DNA from: an uncultured Fibrobacterota bacterium
GTDB taxonomy: Bacteria; Fibrobacterota; Chitinivibrionia; Chitinivibrionales; FEN-1185
Assembly: GCA_963729895.1 (NCBI GenBank)
Contig: CAVSQB010000010.1
Span: 32,001-96,000, forward strand
Direction: 5' to 3'
Length of the DNA stretch: 64,000 nucleotides
Part shown: positions 60,590 through 64,000 of the stretch, one piece after another
Layout of the letters: the number at the start of each line of letters is the position of its first letter
Position numbering within the stretch: the first letter of the stretch is position 1
Notes under the pieces: generated by a model
Database searches by the model: none
Told to the model about the DNA's origin: nothing
What the model saw: the letters and a program-made list of their open reading frames with translations, nothing else
Translations under genes and position numbers: made by a program

Positions 60590-62896
60590 TTATGATTCCG
60601 TTGGTTGAATGGTATTTTCCGCGAGCCGCAGTTCCATAAGCGACTGGAGAAAAGCAAGCGTTGATTCCGCGCCCTGGTTCTCGTTCGGGCGGTCGGGATG
60701 CAAACCGTCTCTGCAGCCCCCCGTTGTCGGATCGTAGATGGGGATGTTCAGATCGTTGCGCCCGAGGAACCATTCAAGCGCCCGCCGCGCTTCCTTGTGC
60801 CAGCGCCCGTCTCCCGAAATTTTGTATGCTTCGAGACAGGCGGAGACCATGGCCTGCGCTTCAACAGGTTGTTGGTCGAAGCGCGCACGTTCCCCGCCCT
60901 TTTTGTAAAAACCATTGGATCCTATGGGAACAAAATGGCCGCCCTCAGGGTCCGAGTGCTGCAGATTCGCCAGCCAATCGAGCGATTCGAATCCTGCCGC
61001 CATCATTTCGGCGTTCGGAATCCATTTGCCCGACATGACCAGGGCGTGCGGAAGCGCGGCGTTACAATAGGTCAGTTTGTCCTCGAACCAGCGCCATTCA
61101 TCGGTACGATTGCTCTTATACATTGTCAAAAGCCGGTTTGCCAATTCCTCGCGCACCTGGTTGGCCTTGCGGTCGCCTGCAAAACGCCGGAGGTATTCGT
61201 GCGTTCCGATGAGCGCGAACGCCCATGCGCGCGGGCTGGTAGTTGTCAATATGGCGGGCAAGGCCTGCTCGAACATCCAGCCTGCCATGTTGTGAAGGGC
61301 GGACGACGTGGATCGGCCCAATACGGTGCCCAGCGACCATAATGTCCGGCCGTGGCTGTCGTCCGAAATGCTGTCTTCCTGCCAGTGGCGCTGGTAATCC
61401 ATGGCATTACGGAAACGTCCTGTTGCGGTATCGAACGCGAACCAGACAAAGGCGAGATAGCGCGACGAAAGATCGAACGCCACGCCGCTGCCCGCCTCTT
61501 CCAGAAGCGCGCTCACCATGAGGGCGCGGGCATTGTCGTCCGTGGTGTAGCCTTCGCGGTAATTGGGTACCGTGAACACGGAATGCTGCAGCATGCCGGT
61601 CTCATCGGTCATGTGGCGCAAATGGTCAAGCTTGAGCGGGGGCAGCTCGCCGGAGCTTTTGTCAAGAGCCTTTGCGGTGAAACCGCGAGGGGCGAAGTTC
61701 CTGCGTTCGCCCCGGGCGCGCTCGAAACTTTCCTTGTACCGCTCCACCACCCGCTGCCAGATCATGGACCGGCCGAACAGGTATGCCCGCTTGCGCATTG
61801 CGTGGCGCTTCGCCTCGTTGTCGATCAGGTCGTTCACCTGTGCGGCGATCGCGGCGGGGTCGCGAAAGGGCACCAGCACGCCGCGTTCGTCGGCCAGCAT
61901 TTCCTCCGCGTACCAGTACAGCGTGGAAATAACCGCCTTGCCAGCGCCAAGAGTGTAGGCCAGGGTGCCGGAGGTTATCTGCGTGGCGTTGAGGTAGGGA
62001 GTTATGTACATATCGGCGGCGCTGATGAATTCGATGAGTTCTTCCAGGCTCACGAACCGGTTGTAAAATATCACCTGGCCTTCCACGCCTTTTTCCTGGG
62101 CCAGCCATTGCAGGGACAACCGGTACGATTCGCCTTCGTGAAGCAGGACATGCGGATGCGTGGCGCCCACAATGATGTACACAACGTTCGGATGCTTTGC
62201 ATGAATGGCGGGCAGGGCGCTTATAACGTTCTCGATCCCCTTATCGGCGGACAGGAGGCCAAAGCTGAGCAGGACGATCTTGCCCTCAACGCCGAACAGA
62301 TCCTTATGAAAGCTGGAATCAACGAATGGAACGTCCGGGATGCCATGCGGGATGAGGTCTATTTTGTCAATAGACACTCCGTATATCTCCTGCAGAAAAT
62401 GCACGCCGCGTTCGCTCATGACAACCAGCCGGTCCGAAAGCGCGGCGATCTCTTTGAGCACCCGCAGCTGGTGCGGATCGGGGTCTTTGAGGATGGTATG
62501 CAACGTGGTGACGATCGGCATGCGCAGTTCTTTCAACAGCGCAAGGATGTGGCTGCCTGCCCGTCCTCCAAAAATCCCGTATTCGTGCTGCAGACACACG
62601 AGGTCCACATTGTTGATATTCAGAAAGTCCGCCGCTCGATGGTAGGAACGAATGTCTTTTTCGGTAAGCTCAAAGCGAACCCGCGGCGGATATGCGTAGC
62701 CTGCCTCGTTGTCGTTGACAGGCAATGCAATGCACGACGTCTCCGCATAAGCCGAAGCGAATGCTTCGCACAAATCGGTGGTGAATGTGGCAATGCCGCA
62801 TTGGCGCGGCAGGTAATTGCCGACAAACGCTATGCGCTTGATCTCGCTTTTCGGCGCCGCGTCTTGGGCGGGGATCATTCCTTTGTCATCAGTCAA
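60590..62896 (-). CDS. GT4 glycosyltransferase fused to a C-terminal glycosidase-like helical domain
   Basis: 'YLPRQCGIATFT', 'QHEYGIFGG', 'QITSGTLAY'; C-terminal 'GYTTDDNARAL', 'FDQQPVEA', 'NQGAESTLA'. Confidence 0.88.
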   Translation of the reverse strand: MTDDKGMIPAQDAAPKSEIKRIAFVGNYLPRQCGIATFTTDLCEAFASAYAETSCIALPVNDNEAGYAYPPRVRFELTEKDIRSYHRAADFLNINNVDLVCLQHEYGIFGGRAGSHILALLKELRMPIVTTLHTILKDPDPHQLRVLKEIAALSDRLVVMSERGVHFLQEIYGVSIDKIDLIPHGIPDVPFVDSSFHKDLFGVEGKIVLLSFGLLSADKGIENVISALPAIHAKHPNVVYIIVGATHPHVLLHEGESYRLSLQWLAQEKGVEGQVIFYNRFVSLEELIEFISAADMYITPYLNATQITSGTLAYTLGAGKAVISTLYWYAEEMLADERGVLVPFRDPAAIAAQVNDLIDNEAKRHAMRKRAYLFGRSMIWQRVVERYKESFERARGERRNFAPRGFTAKALDKSSGELPPLKLDHLRHMTDETGMLQHSVFTVPNYREGYTTDDNARALMVSALLEEAGSGVAFDLSSRYLAFVWFAFDTATGRFRNAMDYQRHWQEDSISDDSHGRTLWSLGTVLGRSTSSALHNMAGWMFEQALPAILTTTSPRAWAFALIGTHEYLRRFAGDRKANQVREELANRLLTMYKSNRTDEWRWFEDKLTYCNAALPHALVMSGKWIPNAEMMAAGFESLDWLANLQHSDPEGGHFVPIGSNGFYKKGGERARFDQQPVEAQAMVSACLEAYKISGDGRWHKEARRALEWFLGRNDLNIPIYDPTTGGCRDGLHPDRPNENQGAESTLAFLQSLMELRLAENTIQPTES

Positions 62897-63028
62897 TGCT
62901 CGCTCCAGTCAATTCGGTTAACCTCGATGGGCCGTTAGTTGAGGGAAGCAAGCTTCGGGGAATGCGCAGGGCTTTCATGGAGAACCAAGAGGGTTAATGT
63001 CGATGTAGAAAGTCTCAAAGAAAATATA

Positions 63029-63283
63029 TTACGGCTGTTTACCCGGATTTGCCGGACTTTCTTTTTGTTGAACCCACTCATTGATCAATGAGTTGATCTG
63101 CACTGCATCATAATCCCGTTTCAGCGCGTACACGGCAACGGCGATGGTCATTTCCGGCGGAAGTACGCAGTTTTTTGACAACTCCTTGATATCTTCCCAG
63201 GTTCCCAGGTACGCCAGAATCCTCGTGGTAGGCCTTACTCCTGTCAGCTCAGACACTTGAGCCTCCTTTGTGAGCGACGGCAT
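63029..63283 (-). CDS. Small hypothetical protein
   Basis: ORF with purine-rich RBS; no recognised family. Confidence 0.45.
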   Translation of the reverse strand: MPSLTKEAQVSELTGVRPTTRILAYLGTWEDIKELSKNCVLPPEMTIAVAVYALKRDYDAVQINSLINEWVQQKESPANPGKQP

Positions 63284-63402
63284 AATCCCTCGTCTCCCCA
63301 TCAACTACCGATGCCAGGAAATATACGACCCCTTTCGTTACCGGCCGGATGATTTAAGGTTACTTTTTCGTTAGGAAAAAGAGGGAATTGTGTCTCTTCG
63401 AA

Positions 63403-63433
63403 TTGAAGAACGTCGCGGCAAGCTGCGAGGAAT
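63403..63433. repeat. REP-like palindrome, dispersed family member 3
   Basis: TTGAAGAACGTCGCGGCAAGCTGCGAGGAAT. Confidence 0.5.
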
Positions 63434-63582
63434 CCGGGAAAGCAGTGAGACGCTTGACCCGCACAAGGTAGTGCTTGCTTCCGCAGGCGGACAAATGTGA
63501 TTTTGAAAGGGCCCGAACCGGGCAAACGCTACGAAAAGAACGGGAATGACGGCTGCATCAAAGTCCAGGAAAGGAACAGGCA

Positions 63583-64000
63583 ATGGAAACAAATCAATGG
63601 AAAGAACAAGCTAAAACAGACCTGCACATGGATTTACAAAAGCCAATTGAAAGTTTGCTTCAGGATGTTTATGAACAACAGGCAAAATTACAAGATCATG
63701 GGAATAAGATCAATCATAACCAAATATCCCAGCATATACCCGAAGAAATTCGGGCAATCATTGAAACAAAGACTGCTTGCATAAAGTACAGATTATTCAA
63801 AAAGGACGACAAAAGGGCCAAGTTGCTTATCAGACTTACCTACAAACTCATGTTCTTGACAATTGCTCTATTAGTTGTAGCCATTGCGTCGATCTTCACC
63901 GCCTTTTCCAAACCGAATCACCCAATCAACAACCGCATATACAACATAAATAACAATACCCAGCCGGATTCCGAGGAAACCAATTCGGAAGGAAATTACC
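63583..64000 (+). CDS. Hypothetical single-TM protein, runs off the window end
   Basis: Manual translation METNQWKEQAK...LMFLTIALLVVAIASIFTAF...; no stop before 64000; AT-rich. Confidence 0.55.
   Translation, partial: METNQWKEQAKTDLHMDLQKPIESLLQDVYEQQAKLQDHGNKINHNQISQHIPEEIRAIIETKTACIKYRLFKKDDKRAKLLIRLTYKLMFLTIALLVVAIASIFTAFSKPNHPINNRIYNINNNTQPDSEETNSEGNY

Noticed and set aside
63456..63468. 16S rRNA-like GACCCGCACAAG
   Set aside because: Only a 12-nt match with no surrounding rRNA similarity
63519..63560. c-di-GMP-I riboswitch-like GGGCAAAC...GAAA
   Set aside because: The flanks do not pair and the GACGCAAAG element is absent

Overview
A GC-rich bacterial chromosomal segment. The many secreted proteins with FlgD/T9SS-like sorting domains suggest Fibrobacterota/Chitinivibrionia, but that is inference only. 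Housekeeping and metabolic genes are msrAB, gmhA, ilvD, miaA, pdxJ, nspC plus carboxynorspermidine dehydrogenase, typA, gloB and earP-efp. They are interspersed with several large secreted Ig/FN3/beta-propeller proteins, a candidate beta-1,3-glucan locus (a eukaryote-like thaumatin plus two GH64-like paralogs) and a Rieske-glutaredoxin-FTR-Rieske redox cluster. The window also encodes a membrane-anchored E2/UBC-fold protein whose catalytic Cys is replaced by Asp, and a TMTC-like GT-C/TPR protein. Mobile DNA comprises two near-identical 1305-bp IS copies with CG termini and an IS4-family element that truncates a gene. To the right of the IS4 lies a stress-type block (cls, YbhP-like, oxidoreductase, PPK2, P-type IIIA H+-ATPase, GH130, GT4). 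No rRNA, tRNA or CRISPR array was recognised. All family calls come from motif recognition by eye, not database searches.
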